The translations under genes and the position numbers were made by a program. From an uncultured bacterium (lineage in GTDB: Bacteria; Krumholzibacteriota; Krumholzibacteriia; LZORAL124-64-63): DNA of 64,000 nt. The notes under the pieces are model-generated. The model was not told the DNA's origin and ran no database searches. It saw only the letters and a list, made by a program, of their open reading frames with translations. The stretch lies in contig CAVSGO010000008.1 in assembly GCA_963727525.1 (NCBI GenBank), forward strand, positions 1 through 64,000. The letters run 5' to 3'. Shown piece by piece: positions 1-11,730 of this stretch (the stretch's first letter is position 1; each line of letters starts with the position of its first letter).

Positions 1-345
1 TCCCTGCCAGAAGCTCTCGTCGGTGATCGCGGATTTGACGCTGCGGCGAGCCGCAAAGCGCTTCAGGGCGCCAGCATCTATAATGCAATCTGTCCGAAGA
101 GCACTTCGTGCCTACGCGAGCGTCTGACGGAGGAGCGGTTTGTGCAGTTGCAACGTCGACGTGGCCAGACGGAAGCTCGGGTGGGCATCTTCAAGAACTG
201 TTTCCTAGGCCGGCCCGGTCGGAGCAAAGGATTCGTTCATCGCGAATTGAATATTACCTGGGCCATCTTGGCGCACAATCTATGGGTCATCGCGCGCCTT
301 CCTGTCGCCAATGAGGAGTGCGAGCGAAGACGCCTCGCAGCCTGA
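1..345 (+). pseudogene. C-terminal part of a DDE transposase (IS4/IS5-like), cut by the window edge and frameshifted
   Basis: DRGF motif near 26-37, then in another frame RRRGQTEARVGIFK...WAILAHNL, typical of DDE transposase C-termini. Confidence 0.7.
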
Positions 346-522
346 CCGTATCACAGAAACTCCAGAAACAATAAAACGCCGCGGGAGCGGCGTCTCTAAT
401 CCGTCGTAAATATTGCACCGATCCGGCAATTGCGATCTGATTTGGCGGCCACTTGTGAAAACCGCCGCGTACGGCTCACCGGTACGGCGTCTGCCGCCCA
501 GCCGTTCGCCCGAAATTGCGCT

Positions 523-539
523 TTCTGGGACAGGCTCTA
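523..539. mobile_element. Probable right end of the IS at the window start
   Basis: TTCTGGGACAGGCTC followed by TA, resembling IS5-group ends; the partner end is outside the window. Confidence 0.4.
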
Positions 540-620
540 TGATAGACTGACCCAACCGGGCATGGCAGGGCTACATGGGGGCGGCAGGTACAAAGAATCT
601 CAATCGAATCAGAGCGGACG

Positions 621-1013
621 ATGGCGCTGAAATTGGTCCCAACAACGCGACAGTTTCTCGATTGGTCTATGCCGGCGAAAGCCGGATACGTTTCTCTAGT
701 GGTTGCACTATTCATGGGCGCTTTTTCTCTCGTAACCTACATGAGGGGATGCAATCGCGATCATGAACGCGACATAACCGCGTCGGCACGTCATCAAGAA
801 GTGATGGAAGCGCTAGCACGACTTCATGTGCCTGAAGATACGGTTGATCTAGACAAACTCAGAGACCAATATCCGCTTGGTTTCGCGCTTTTCTACACCG
901 ACGGTACGCGGCTAGAGTACTATGTGCCGTCGAAGAAGTTTTCTTCGATCCCGAGAAGGCTCGTATCATTCGTACCTATTCAGATAGGTACGAGCTGCTA
1001 TTGCCCACAATGA
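621..1013 (+). CDS. Hypothetical membrane protein, probably frameshifted and continuing towards ~1200
   Basis: ATG with upstream GAG; hydrophobic segment YVSLVVALFMGAFSLV; lower GC than core genes. Confidence 0.5.
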   Translation: MALKLVPTTRQFLDWSMPAKAGYVSLVVALFMGAFSLVTYMRGCNRDHERDITASARHQEVMEALARLHVPEDTVDLDKLRDQYPLGFALFYTDGTRLEYYVPSKKFSSIPRRLVSFVPIQIGTSCYCPQ

Positions 1014-1449
1014 TGTTTCCGGACGACATGGCGATAGCTCAAGGCATTACGACTTCGATACCGCGGAAACTCGGCCACTACGAGATCCCTCTCTATTGGG
1101 GAAATTCGCCTGTGGGCCGACGTTATCAATACCGATGGCGACGGATTGACTTGGCTATATGGCGCAACCGCGTCAGCACCGGCGAGAGCGCGCGTAAAAT
1201 GATCAGATGGAGGTTTTCGAAGGTGTCTACCCGGCCACCGGCTCTCTGTCGCGCCCCGGCGCCGAAAAGCCGCGGGGAGTCCAGTAGGCGACGAGTGGTG
1301 GTTGCCGGGATGTCGTCCCTATCGGACATCCAGCTCGCGTGCCAATGCAGTCTCCCGTGTCAATGTTCGCCCTAATTCCCCCACCCATGTTCGCGTCATA
1401 GGTTGCCACTTTCCCTGCTCGCACGGCCCCGATGGTCCTTCCTTCTGGG

Positions 1450-2215
1450 TTACTGGTTCTCGGCCTTGGCGAGCGCCCGGGGCCGTTCCTTGGCCCGGTA
1501 GCTCGCCCCCTTGATCGTGATCAGGTGCGCCCGGTGGGCGAGGCGGTCCAGCGCCGCCGACGCCATCAGCGGGTTCTCCCCGAATGCCGCCGGCCACTCC
1601 TGGTAGTCCCGGTTGCTGGTCACCAGCACCGAGCCCCGCTCGTACCGCTCGTTGATCACCTCGTAGAAATCCTCCGGCTCGACGCCGCGCAGCGGCTTCA
1701 GGCCAAAGTCGTCGAGGATCAGCAGCTCCGGTCTGAGGTAGTTGGCCAGCCGCTTCTCCCGCGTCCCGTCGGCCCGCCCGCCGTTGATCTGGGCCAGCAT
1801 CTTGATCACCGTCGTAAACAGGACGCTGTACCCGCGGCGACACGCCTCCTGCCCGAGGGCCTGCGCCAGGTGGCTCTTGCCCACGCCGCTGGGGCCGACG
1901 ATCAAGACGCCCTCCTTTCGTTCGATCCACTGACCGGTCGCCAGGTCGAGGATCTGCTGCTTGTTCAGGGTCGGGTTGAATGACCAGTTGAATCCCTCGA
2001 GCGTCTTCTCGGCCGAGAACGACGCCCGCCGCAGACGCATCACGAGCTGCTTCTGGGCCCGGCGCTCGACCTCGTCTTCCGAGCAGGCGTTCGAGGAATT
2101 CCACGTACGCCAGCTTGTCGTCGATGGCCTGGCGGTTGCGCACGTCGAGCGTCTCGAGGATGCCCGACAGCCGCAACGACTTCAGCTTGGGGATCAGCTG
2201 GGGTTTAATGTCCAT
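1450..2215 (-). CDS. istB: IS21 helper ATPase IstB (one frameshift near 2075)
   Basis: N-terminus LKSLRLSG; Walker A GPSGVGKS; Walker B LLILDDFG; ALDRLAH...GASYR. Confidence 0.93.
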
Positions 2216-3757
2216 GGTCTGCTCCTCCTTCGGCAGGAAAGATCTCCGACCCTGGACGTGCAAAGGCAAACGTGTGCTGCTGAGCCGGCGCGGTCGCCGG
2301 CAGCGGCTCGAGATCAAACGCGCGGTCGAGGATGCGGCTGACCGTGCGGTACGAGGTCTCGTCGTAGAAGAGGGCCCGCTGGCAGGCGCGCTCCAGGCGC
2401 TGGGGGCCGTACTTCTGCTCGAGCCGCAGGATGGCCTGGACCGAGCGCAGGCGATCCAGAGGACGCTCGGCCAACAGCCGCGAGACGAGCTCGGCCGTCG
2501 CCGGGCCGACATCCTTCGCGCGGCGCCGGCAGTACTGCGGTGTCGCCATCAGGTACACCAGCTTGTCTGGCGGGTAGTGCTCGTCGATGGTGCGCCGCGT
2601 GCCGGGGCGGCCCCAGCGATGGGAGGCGATCCGCTCCCAGTGGTGGAAGATGTGGACGTCCCGGCCGTTGGTCCTGGCCCACAGCTGCTGGCCGATCAGG
2701 CGGTGCGGCGCGCTGTAGTAGGCGCCGTCGACCACCACGTGGCAGTCCGGGTGCAGCTTGACCTGCTTCCAGACGCCCAGGTCGTACGGCGAGGTGGGCA
2801 GCGGCTGCAGGGCCGCCTGCTCGACCTCGCGAAACACCCGCAACGGCTGCTGCTTGGTCGTGCCGTGGCAGCGCACCCCGGCCGTCTGCTTCGATCCACT
2901 GCCGCAGCTTCTCGTTGCACTCGGTGAGAGTCATCGGCGGCCGACCCGCCAGGAAATTGCGCTTCACGTAGTGCACGCCCGACTCCACCTTGCCCTTGTG
3001 CTCGGGCGTCCGCGGGCGGCATGGCGCGATCAGGAAGCCGTAGTGCTCGGCCAGCTCCCGGTAGCTGCGCTGGACCACCGGATCGTGCAGCGCCGCCTTG
3101 ACGATCGCCGCCTTCAGGTTGTCGATCACCAGCCGCTGCGGCACGCCGCCAAAGTACTCGAATGCGTGGCGGTGGCAGCGCAGCCAGGTCTCCACCCGCT
3201 GATCGAAGACCACCTCGGCCCACTGATGCCGGCTGCACGAGAGCGTCATCACGAAGACCCAGGCCTTGCGCAGCTCGCCGGTCTCCGGGTCGATCATCCG
3301 GCCCGCCGAGCCAAAGTCGACCTGCGCCTCCTGCCCCGGCGGCGTCTCCAGGCGCACGAATGCCGTCGGTGTCGTCTGCTCCAGGTGCACGATGTAGCGC
3401 CGCAACGCGCTGTAGCTGCCCTCAAAGCCGTGGCTCTCGCGCAGGCGCTCGTACACGGCCTTCATCTCCACGCCGCGTCCACGCAGCGCCTCGATCACTG
3501 GGCGCCATGGCGCCGCCTTGTACGCTTGACGGGGCAGGGCCGACTCAGGCACCATCGCCGGTGAGCACGCCGTCCAGGGCGGCGGCGGTCGGCACCGGGG
3601 CGGTGAGCAGGTCCTCGCGCGCCGCCAGCGCGCGGTACTTGCGCACGGTCTTGCGGGCGACGCCCAGCTCGCGGGCGATCATCCGGTCCTTCTGGCCGGC
3701 CTGGAGCCGGCGGATGAGTTCGCGTACGTCGAGTGTCATGAGTCTCCTTCCTGCCAT
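2205..3757 (-). CDS. istA: IS21 transposase IstA (split over three frames; frameshifts near 3550 and 2880)
   Basis: HTH IARELGVARKTVRKY; ETPPGQEAQVDFG; FGGVPQRLVIDN; PEHKGKVE; HGTT; YYSAP. Confidence 0.93.
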
Positions 3758-3897
3758 GGGATACCCCTCCTTGGGTTTGGGTAACCTGGAGGATATCCCC
3801 TCTGGCAGGAAGGACCATCGTTGTCGCCGCCGAGCACTCGTCGCCCATCCCTTGCACGTCCAGGATCAGGTCAGTGAGACGAGGCGCTGTCGCCGAC

Positions 3898-4020
3898 GGG
3901 GTGGCTCCCTATCCGCGAACACGGGTGGTACCCTATCGCGCGAACATGGGTGGCTCCCTATCGGGCGAACACGGGTGGCTCCCTATGCGCGAACATGGTG
4001 GGGGACTATAGGGCGAACGC
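3898..4020. repeat. Subterminal ~25-bp tandem repeats of the IS21 end (transposase-binding sites)
   Basis: 4-5 copies of GGGTGGCTCCCTATC(G)CGCGAACAY; two inverted copies at 1362-1410. Confidence 0.9.
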
Positions 4021-4025
4021 TGACA

Positions 4026-4192
4026 TACGCGAAACCGCCAGTGCAGCTGCTGGCCTCACGGACGTGAGCGCCCACGCCCTGCGCCACACGATGGCCTCGC
4101 TCGCCATAGACGGTGGGGAGCCGTTGCACCGGGTACGCGATCGGCTGGGGCATTCGTCGGTGTTGGTGACATCGCGGTACCTGCACGTCTGA
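4026..4192 (+). pseudogene. C-terminal stub of a tyrosine recombinase, truncated by IS21
   Basis: HALRH...LGHSS...TSRYLH (HxxR, LGH and catalytic Tyr) begins right at the IS21 end. Confidence 0.85.
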
Positions 4193-4566
4193 CTCGTGGT
4201 AGCCAGCCAAGTCCTGCGATTGACGGGAGCGGATTCCCGCTTCACACGCCGTAGCAACTAAACTGGTCTCAACTGCACTCTCGCCACAAGCGTTAGGCAC
4301 CCGATGGGACCATTCAGGCGGTTGAAATGCCAGTATCCGTGGGCCGCAGCCCTCGACTTCGGGGTGTCGGAGCTAGAACGTTCACCCACGCCGTGCTAGA
4401 TTTGCCCACTGATGCCTAGGGACCGGTAGCGCACGCAGGATCGAAGACATGCGTGATCGTCTGGAAGTCTGAATCGCAATCAGGGCTTCCGAAGATACCG
4501 CAGGACACTGTCTAGATTAGACCAGTCCGGTCGGCTTCGGATTTACCGAATCACTAGGAGAAACAC

Positions 4567-4790
4567 ATGGACCGCGTTAATCCCGACGGTGTCCAGCAGC
4601 TTAGCGAGAAGCATACACTAGCGCGGGAGGCGTTGCCTGCCGACCTTCGGCCAATCTTCGACGATCCTGTCGCGGACTACCGGTTTCTGGTCTCAGGCAC
4701 TACAACCGTCCTTTCGTCTCCTATCTCATTCTCGCTGATCTCGTGAGAGAGGGCTGGCGGTGCAACGAGCAGCAGAGGTCGAATCCATGA
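4567..4790 (+). pseudogene. Small hypothetical protein, frameshifted, coupled to the downstream remnant
   Basis: AGGAG RBS then ATG; SEKH...LPADLRPIFDD...PFVSYLILADLVREGWR over two frames; ATGA overlap with next gene. Confidence 0.5.
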
Positions 4791-5250
4791 CGGACGCGCG
4801 CTCGATTCCTCCGATGGATCACGCCTTTCTTGCAGACTTGCCCACGCCTCCCCTGTCGTTGCCGCCAAGCATCAGCTATCAAGCCCGTAACCTGATCCTA
4901 GGGCAAGGCGTGAATGCACTCGAAGTTGTAGTCGCGTCGAGCACAGCTCCGGTCGAGCCCGTTCGGCTTCGATCCGCATGGAAGATGCCGGAAACGCCAG
5001 CCGCGCAGCCCCTCTGTTGCTTGTGGTTCTCCACTAGGATCGGGCGTGGCTACTTTGTGGTCCAGGCGGTGATGAAACCCCGGCTTATATCAACCTTGAC
5101 CGCGGCCAGGTCGAACGAATCTGCCGCGAGAGGCGTTAGAACAACCTGACCGTCACGCAGCGCTACGCGCTCTAAGAGATTTCTTCCATCCCTGGACATA
5201 CCCCTCTGCGGACTTCGAAATGATGGGTTTCTCGCCACCCACGAGTGTGA
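4787..5250 (+). pseudogene. N-terminal remnant of a large protein, possibly a type IIG/Eco57I-like restriction-modification enzyme
   Basis: ALEVVV...LRSAWK...APLLLVV...CGP...QVERICREALEQPDRHAA...GLRNDGFLATHE over several frames; family recalled from memory, no catalytic motif left. Confidence 0.4.
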
Positions 5251-5506
5251 TATCCCGGACTTCGTGAGACACATTCGACCCTATCCTAGCATCGTGGTGT
5301 AACGCCGTGGTCTAACCGACTTGACCGAATTGGCCTCCGGCAAGCCCTGTGGAAGCGTCGAGCGCGAGCCGGTATAGGTGACGCCTTCAAGCGTACGCAA
5401 GTTGAAAGTATCGGCGGCCGTGTCAGCTGATTACAGAACGGACGGCCAGAATAAATTCTGTGGTCGTTACACTAGTCCTTCGAACGCGGGACGGAATCCG
5501 CTATCA

Positions 5507-6679
5507 CTAGGCGAGCTGCCTTGGGACTGTAGACGTACTCGGTATTGTGCCATCCTTGATGCGCGCGACGGCCTCGTCGATGACGAACAGCGGAACAAGA
5601 AACCATTCCTCGGGCTGTACAGGGTGACCAAAGCGATCGTTGATGGTGATGTTCAACCGCGCCGGGGCGAACAGCTTGTGGAACAGATTCTCCATCCGGA
5701 TGCGATTGATGCCCGCGAGCTTGTAGGTTGCCACCACCTCGACCTTCGCCAGCAGGTAGGTGGCATCGTGTTCAGCGTTGGCTATGCGCGTCTCGACCCT
5801 GCCCCCGGTCACGCCTATTTTGTGGATGATGTCGCGGTGCTGTGCGACATAGGGATGATCGGACAGGGAACGCAAGACGTAGATTGTGCCGCTTTCGACA
5901 TCGTCGGCCTCAAGCTCGCCTCCAAGGGAAAGCTGCCCGCTCTCAGGCGAAACCAGCCGCCGCGTGGCGGGGTCATTGTAGAACGCGCGCTGAAGCGAGC
6001 GCAGCAGCAGGTTGCTTTCGGTGCCGTTGGAGAAGATGACCCGCAGACGGCGGTCCACCTCTCCTGCGGTCGTCTTCAGAGGCTCGCCGACCTCGGCAAC
6101 GTAGAGCGTCAGACCATCGAGAACGAAGAAATCTCCAGCTTCAATTGAGCGGCGGCCCGCTTCTATGGGTTGGGACTGGCGCATGCCGGTTTTGACTTCC
6201 GTTTGCACGCGCTCGAACAAGGGCCGGAAGGTCTCGAAATCCTCGCAAGGCTTGCGATCCGCGATCTCCTCGGCGGCACGCTTTTCAGCGCTGGTACGGA
6301 CATGGCGCAGGACCGTGATGTCGTCCGCGCCGGCAACATCCGCCAGCTCGGCAGCCAGGTCATCGATGTCGATGGTTTCGTCCGCCGAAGCAGCGACGGT
6401 CGGCGCCCCAGCAAGCAAGCCCTGATGGTCTAGCGGCTCAAGCAAGGCACGGCAGTCCGGGAGCGCGCGCAGACGGTCGAGCCGCACTGCATACAGGCGC
6501 TCGAATATGTCCCGGTCTTCGCCGTGTTGCGGCGCACGCCCGTGCTGCTCGGTGAAGCGTTGGATTTCTTCGAAGCCAGCGATGACACGCTCCTCGCTGG
6601 CTGGGCGTCCACCCTTCTTCTCAGGCGGTGCAAATTCGGCCAGCTCTGCCGCCAAATCGTCAAGATCGGAGTTACTCAT
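5507..6679 (-). CDS. GIY-YIG/T5orf172-domain nuclease (YeeC-like); last residues frameshifted
   Basis: SGTIYVLRS...HKIGVT...VETRIANAEHD...PEEWFLVP; overlaps the helicase stop. Confidence 0.85.
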   Translation of the reverse strand: MSNSDLDDLAAELAEFAPPEKKGGRPASEERVIAGFEEIQRFTEQHGRAPQHGEDRDIFERLYAVRLDRLRALPDCRALLEPLDHQGLLAGAPTVAASADETIDIDDLAAELADVAGADDITVLRHVRTSAEKRAAEEIADRKPCEDFETFRPLFERVQTEVKTGMRQSQPIEAGRRSIEAGDFFVLDGLTLYVAEVGEPLKTTAGEVDRRLRVIFSNGTESNLLLRSLQRAFYNDPATRRLVSPESGQLSLGGELEADDVESGTIYVLRSLSDHPYVAQHRDIIHKIGVTGGRVETRIANAEHDATYLLAKVEVVATYKLAGINRIRMENLFHKLFAPARLNITINDRFGHPVQPEEWFLVPLFVIDEAVARIKDGTIPSTSTVPRQLA

Positions 6680-8729
6680 AGCGCCCCTCGGCTCTGAAAC
6701 GCATGAATGCCGCCGCGCCTTCGGCAAGGTGCGTTTCCCAGGCATCCTGCGAGGTCACCGATGGAGCCCGACCTCGCTCGCGTTTGAACTCCACCGCGCG
6801 CTTGGCAATCACTTTGGCATCTTCAGGTGTGATGGACGTGCGCTTGGCCGAGATGACCGCCGCGACCTGCTTCAAGCTGTCCTCGCTCATGGTCTTGGCG
6901 AGGATGGCGTAGGCTTCGCCGAACGGGTTGATGCGGTCGATCAGGTCGATGTCCAGCTCGCGCACGTCCATCGCAAAGCGGCGCACACCGTCGATCAGGG
7001 CGGTGTTGGGCGATCCGTCGCCCTCTCCTTGGCCTTCGGTGACAAGCTGCTTGGCCTGTTGCGTGAGGTTCAGCGCGGCGACGGCGTGCTGGCGCACGGA
7101 TTCCTGATCCTCGGCGTCAAGCTCGGGGTACTTGTCCTTGATGATCTTGCCCATGCGAACCTGGGTCAGTTCCTCGGGCACCAGTTCTTCGTCGAACAGG
7201 CCGCGCTCGATGGTGGTCTTGTCCTGCACGAAGGCGGCGATGACTTCGTTCAGGTCTTCCTGACAGATTCGCGCTGCCTCCTGGCTCTTCGGTTCGGCCA
7301 GGCCCTTGATCTCGATCTGGAACTGGCCCGTCTGGTCGTTGAACCCCACGTTGCACTTGTCGGGGTCATAGCCGCCCTCGCCGTAGTCGAAGCCCGGTGT
7401 GGGCCGTTGTCCGGGTTCTTGGGCTTGAACTCGAAGCGCGGAGCAAGACCTGCTCCATAAGCAAGCTGGCGGCGATGGCCTTCAACGTATCGTTGACGGC
7501 CTCGGTGACTGCTTCCTCGGTCGCATCTGGCTCGGCGATCAGGTTGGTGAACCTCGCGCGGGTCTTACCCGGCGCGTCGCGGGTGGTACGCCCGATGATC
7601 TGAACGATCTCGGCGAGGCTGGCGCGGTAGCCCACGGTCAGCGCGTGTTCGCACCAAATCCAGTCGAAACCTTCCTTCGCCATGCCCAGCGCGATGATGA
7701 TGTCCACATGGTCGCGGTTGTTCTTCTGCGCCGGGTCTTTCAACGCGGCGGAAACGCGGTCACGCTTCGTGGCATCGTCATCGACCAGATCGGCGATTCG
7801 CAACACGCGGCCATCGGCGCGCTTGACGAGCTGGAAGCCTGTGGCGGCGTCGATGCCCTGCCACTCGCCCAGCGCCTCGATGATGTGATCCACCTCGCGC
7901 ATCTTGTCCTTCGTGCTCTCGCGCGAATTGACGTTGGGGATGTGGATGATGGTCTTCTCGGCAGGGTCGAGGACATTGAGGATGTCATCGACATAAGGCC
8001 CGCTGTAGAAGAAGTAGCCGATGTCGAGTTGCTTGAGGTACTCGTAGCCGTTGAGCTGTTCGTAGTAGGTGTAGGTGACGGTATCGAATTTCGACTCATC
8101 CTGCGGTGCGAGCACCGCCTCGGCGTCGCCCCGGAAGTAGGAGCCGGTCATGGCGACGATGTGCGTCTTGCCCCGCGCAATGAACTGCCCCAGGTGCAGG
8201 CCCAGCTTGTTGTCCGGGTTGGCCGAAACGTGGTGGAACTCATCGACCGCGATCAGTCGGTCGTCGAATGCCTCCACGCCGTAGGCATCGACCGCGAAGC
8301 GGAAAGTCGCGTGAGTGCAGACCAGCACCTTGTCGTCGCTTTCGAGGAACGCGCCGAGCGACTTGACCTTGCCGCCGTTGTCGTTGCCCGGCGCGTTGCA
8401 GAGGTTCCACTTCGGCTCGACATGCCAGTCGGACCAGAAGCCGAACTTCGACAGCGGCTCGTCGTTGAAGCTGGCCCCGATGGACTTCTCCGGCACGACG
8501 ATGATGGCCTGCTTCAAGCCCTGGTTCTGCAGCTTGTCGAGCGCGACGAACATCAGCGCACGGCTCTTGCCCGATGCGGGCGGCGACTTGATGAGCAGGT
8601 ACTGCTCCCCCGCTTCTCGTAGGCGCGTTCCTGCATGGGCCGCATCCCAAGGGCATTGGCCTTGGTCGATGCGCCGTTGCGGGCGTAGGTGACGGAAACG
8701 GACGGTACGGACTTGATCTTGTCGCTCAT
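6672..8729 (-). CDS. Superfamily II DEAD/DEAH-like helicase (YeeB-like), with frameshifts near 8610 and 7350-7440
   Basis: MRPMQERAY; SPPASGKS; DEFHH; MTGS; AKEGFD; QIIGR. Confidence 0.88.
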
Positions 8730-11390
8730 GCGTCTGGCTCCCGCCTTGCGCTTCTTGCCTTTGGTCGGTGCAGCTGCAGCGGTCATCTTGGTGTAGAGGT
8801 CGAACAGCTTCTCCAGCCGCTCGGTGTCGTTCTTGAAGCGGCGACCGATGTAGATGCGCTCCAGCACTTCGTCATTGCGATCATGCGCCGCGCGCAGGTC
8901 GGCGGGCATGGCATCGGGATCGTAGAGGTCGGCGATGGTCGCCGGGAAGTGATGCTCCCGCGCCAGCAGGATGTCCTCTGCGCAGCGCGTGAGGTCGGCC
9001 TTGTTTTTCTCGGTCAGCGTCGGAACTGGGAAGGTGTTCCAGCCGAGGGTGTTGGAGTAACGAAAAGTCGCGTTTCCAGTCTGCCGCAGACAGTGGCGAT
9101 CCAAACCAGATGCAGCCGAGAGGCGATCAGTGCCATAGGCACCACAGGGGACCATCGTCCATGTAAAAGGCCATGTTAGTAGCGAACCACTGACGCCATT
9201 CGCCAAGCCGACCGGAATAGTATTCGCGACGTTCCGGATGAGACGATGGGCAACAAGACAGCTTTGCGGCCTCGTCACCCTGTTCGCTCCCTGAATTGAT
9301 GAGGCGCGAGCTAGCAAGTTTGTTTACCGCCTTGTCCTTCGTTGCTAGGCGCATCCCTGCGACGGCATCAATCGCTGATGCAACTTGTGGAAAGCCACGG
9401 GCCAATTCCGACGTCCTCATCGCTGATCCACAGGCAGTAGCGGGGAATGCCGTTGATGAACTCATGTCGATCCAAGAAAGCTCTTGATAAGGTGTGCACG
9501 GGAGATCCATCGAGTAGCAGGGCTCTCCTTGTCCGATGGGTCGAGAACGAGGCCGGCGGACATTGGCGTAGTAAACGCCATAATCCATAACTGGTTCAAG
9601 GACAGAGTGGGCGACGGTATGCCTCCACGATCTGATGTCGTGCTCGGACAAATAGGGATTGATGTGATCGGCACACGATACGACGGCGTCTCACCAGTCG
9701 AAAATAGTTCGCGTTGCCTGATTCGTCAGAGTCCAGATCCAACGATGACACTGTGACGCCAGCTTGATGCTGGCGAGATTGGACCAAACAAAGGAAGTGT
9801 GCGAAAGCGAATCTGGCACCCCATTCGAAAGAATCGACCAAGTGATGGGCACCTGTTGCGCCTTGGCAGATGCGATTCGTCGCGACGAAGGCAAAGCGAC
9901 GCTTTGCGGTGCTGGTTATAAAATGCGGCTTTGAGAACCAGCTCGCGACGTAGTCCAGCGACTTCCAGCTTCTTCGTGAGCTTGGAAAAGACCGCATCTA
10001 AATCCGCTCTTCTGCTCATCTGTCTGTTTTTAGTACCAGAGATACGGTGGATTGCCACATATGTAGGTTTCACCTCCTTCGTTCTCGAAGTCGATTTCGG
10101 CCTGGTCCAGCGGGGAGCCGAACAGGTCGTCCGCCTGTACCTTCACGCTGGTCCCGTCGGCGGGCAGATGCTCAACCAGTCAAGCCGTAGCGCGTTACCG
10201 CAGGTGATCCAGTTCTCGTCGCGCAGTGGCAGGAACTCGGCCAGCGCCAGCTTCTGGCCCCGGTACAGCACGTCGCACTGGTACTCGGCGATGACCAGTG
10301 CAAGGCGAGCGATCTCCGCCGGGAAGTCGCGTAGTTCGATCCGCGAAAGTTGGTGAGCGGAATCTCCGAAGCGCGGTCCGGTTCGCCGCGCCGCTTGTTG
10401 ATCTCGGCCTCGATCGCCCGCATCTCCTTGTAGGCGATGACAAGGAAGTTTCCCGAACCGCAGGCCGGATCGAAAACCCTGATCCTCGCCATGCGCTTGC
10501 GCAGGTTGAGCAAGCATGCGGGCGTTGTCGCCCGCTTCTTCCAGCTGCGCCCGCAGGTCGTCGAGGAAAAGCGGGTTCAGACCTTGAGGATGTTCGGGAC
10601 GCTCGTGTAGTGCATCCCCAACTCACCGCGCTCTTCATCCTCGGCGACGGCCTGGATCATCGAACCGAAGATGTCCGGGTTGATCTTGGTCCAGTCGAGA
10701 GCCACCGACGTGCAGCAGGTAGGATCGGGCGATCTTGCTGAATCGCGGCACATCCATGTTGCCGGAGAACAAGCCCCCGTTCACGTACGGAAAGTCATCA
10801 GCCCATCGGGGAATTTTGGCTGCTGTCCCGGTCCTCGCTTCTTGGTGTTCATTGCCAGGAACAGCGTTCCGATGACCTCGTGCGTGTTGGATGAGTCCCT
10901 GGCACTCATCTGCTCCACGGTTTCGGTGAATCGGCCCTCGCCGCCGAAGATATCGGTGTCTTCGGCGAAAAAGCAGAAAATCAGCCGCGCCATGAAATGA
11001 TTCATGTCGTGGCGGCGCTCGGCTGTGCCCCATTCGGGTTTTCCTTCAGCAGCTCCACATACAGCCGGTTAAGTCGGCTGGTCGCCCGGATGTCGAAAGC
11101 GTTCTCGCTAATTTGCGCGAACCGTACTGATGCCAGCCAGCGGAAGGAAAAAGCCGAAATGGTCGGGAAAGTCTTTGAATGCACAGGCGATTGTATCGCC
11201 ACTGATCAAGTTTTCGGTCTCGAAGTCCACGCCATCAGTTGCTAGGATGAACTTCGCCTTGGCTTTGGCGGTAGCCGGGCTCTCCTTGAGTGCCTTGAGT
11301 GCAGTCGAGACCTGTCCGGCCTCGCAGGTGAGGAGGTGGATATTGTTAGTCTGGAGGACGCCACCGAGGTCACTCTTGTTCTCCGGAATG
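8726..11390 (-). pseudogene. MmeI/YeeA-like adenine DNA methyltransferase, 5'-truncated and heavily frameshifted
   Basis: FPYVNGGLF; INPDIFGSMIQAV; LGMHYTSVPNI; VFDPACGSGNFL; C-terminal RYSNTLGWNTFP...ADLYDPDAMP; coordinates approximate. Confidence 0.88.
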
Positions 11391-11632
11391 AACTCGGACT
11401 CGCCGCGGCCACGACGACGAGAGAAGTAGCGCCGTCGAAAACGGCCGCGGTCTACGGTGTCGCTTCGCGCCGCGGCCGCGAATGGCTTGAGCAGCAGCGT
11501 CGAGAAAACGGCCGCGGAGCAGCGGTCTCACTGTGGCAGGCCGAGATTGCAGACCGTCGGTGCTCCCTGCCATGAGGCGAAGGTGAAAAGGTCCGGCGCT
11601 GAATGAGCGCCGTGGCTGTGAGGAGCGGGGAC

Positions 11633-11730
11633 CTATAACGAGCTGTTGCAGCTGACGGATCGCCCTTGTCACGGTCCGTGCAAAGCACGCACCGCGCCAA
11701 GGCCGCCCGCAGCTGAACACGACGTTATGG
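11633..11730 (+). repeat. attC site 1
   Basis: CTATAAC...TTGCAGCTG...CAGCTGAA...GTTATGG. Confidence 0.92.

Larger units (their letters stand above)
1358..4025 (-). mobile_element. IS21-family insertion sequence
   Basis: TG...CA ends with imperfect IRs (TGTCAATGTTCGCCCTA at 1358; reverse complement TGTCAGCGTTCGCCCTA ending 4025) enclosing istA and istB; no target duplication visible. Confidence 0.95.

Noticed and set aside
3898-4020. ~25-bp direct repeats as a CRISPR array
   Set aside because: No spacers; they lie inside the IS21 end and recur inverted at the other end
4026-4298. Recombinase stub as IntI, with GTTAGGC at 4292 as attI
   Set aside because: The C-terminus lacks the IntI-type DIRTVQELLGH...TTMIYTH wording, the IntI-specific insert cannot be seen, and it is over 7 kb from the array
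8553-9317. MTase-helicase fusion protein
   Set aside because: The joined frame is best explained by an indel at the gene overlap in a frameshift-rich region
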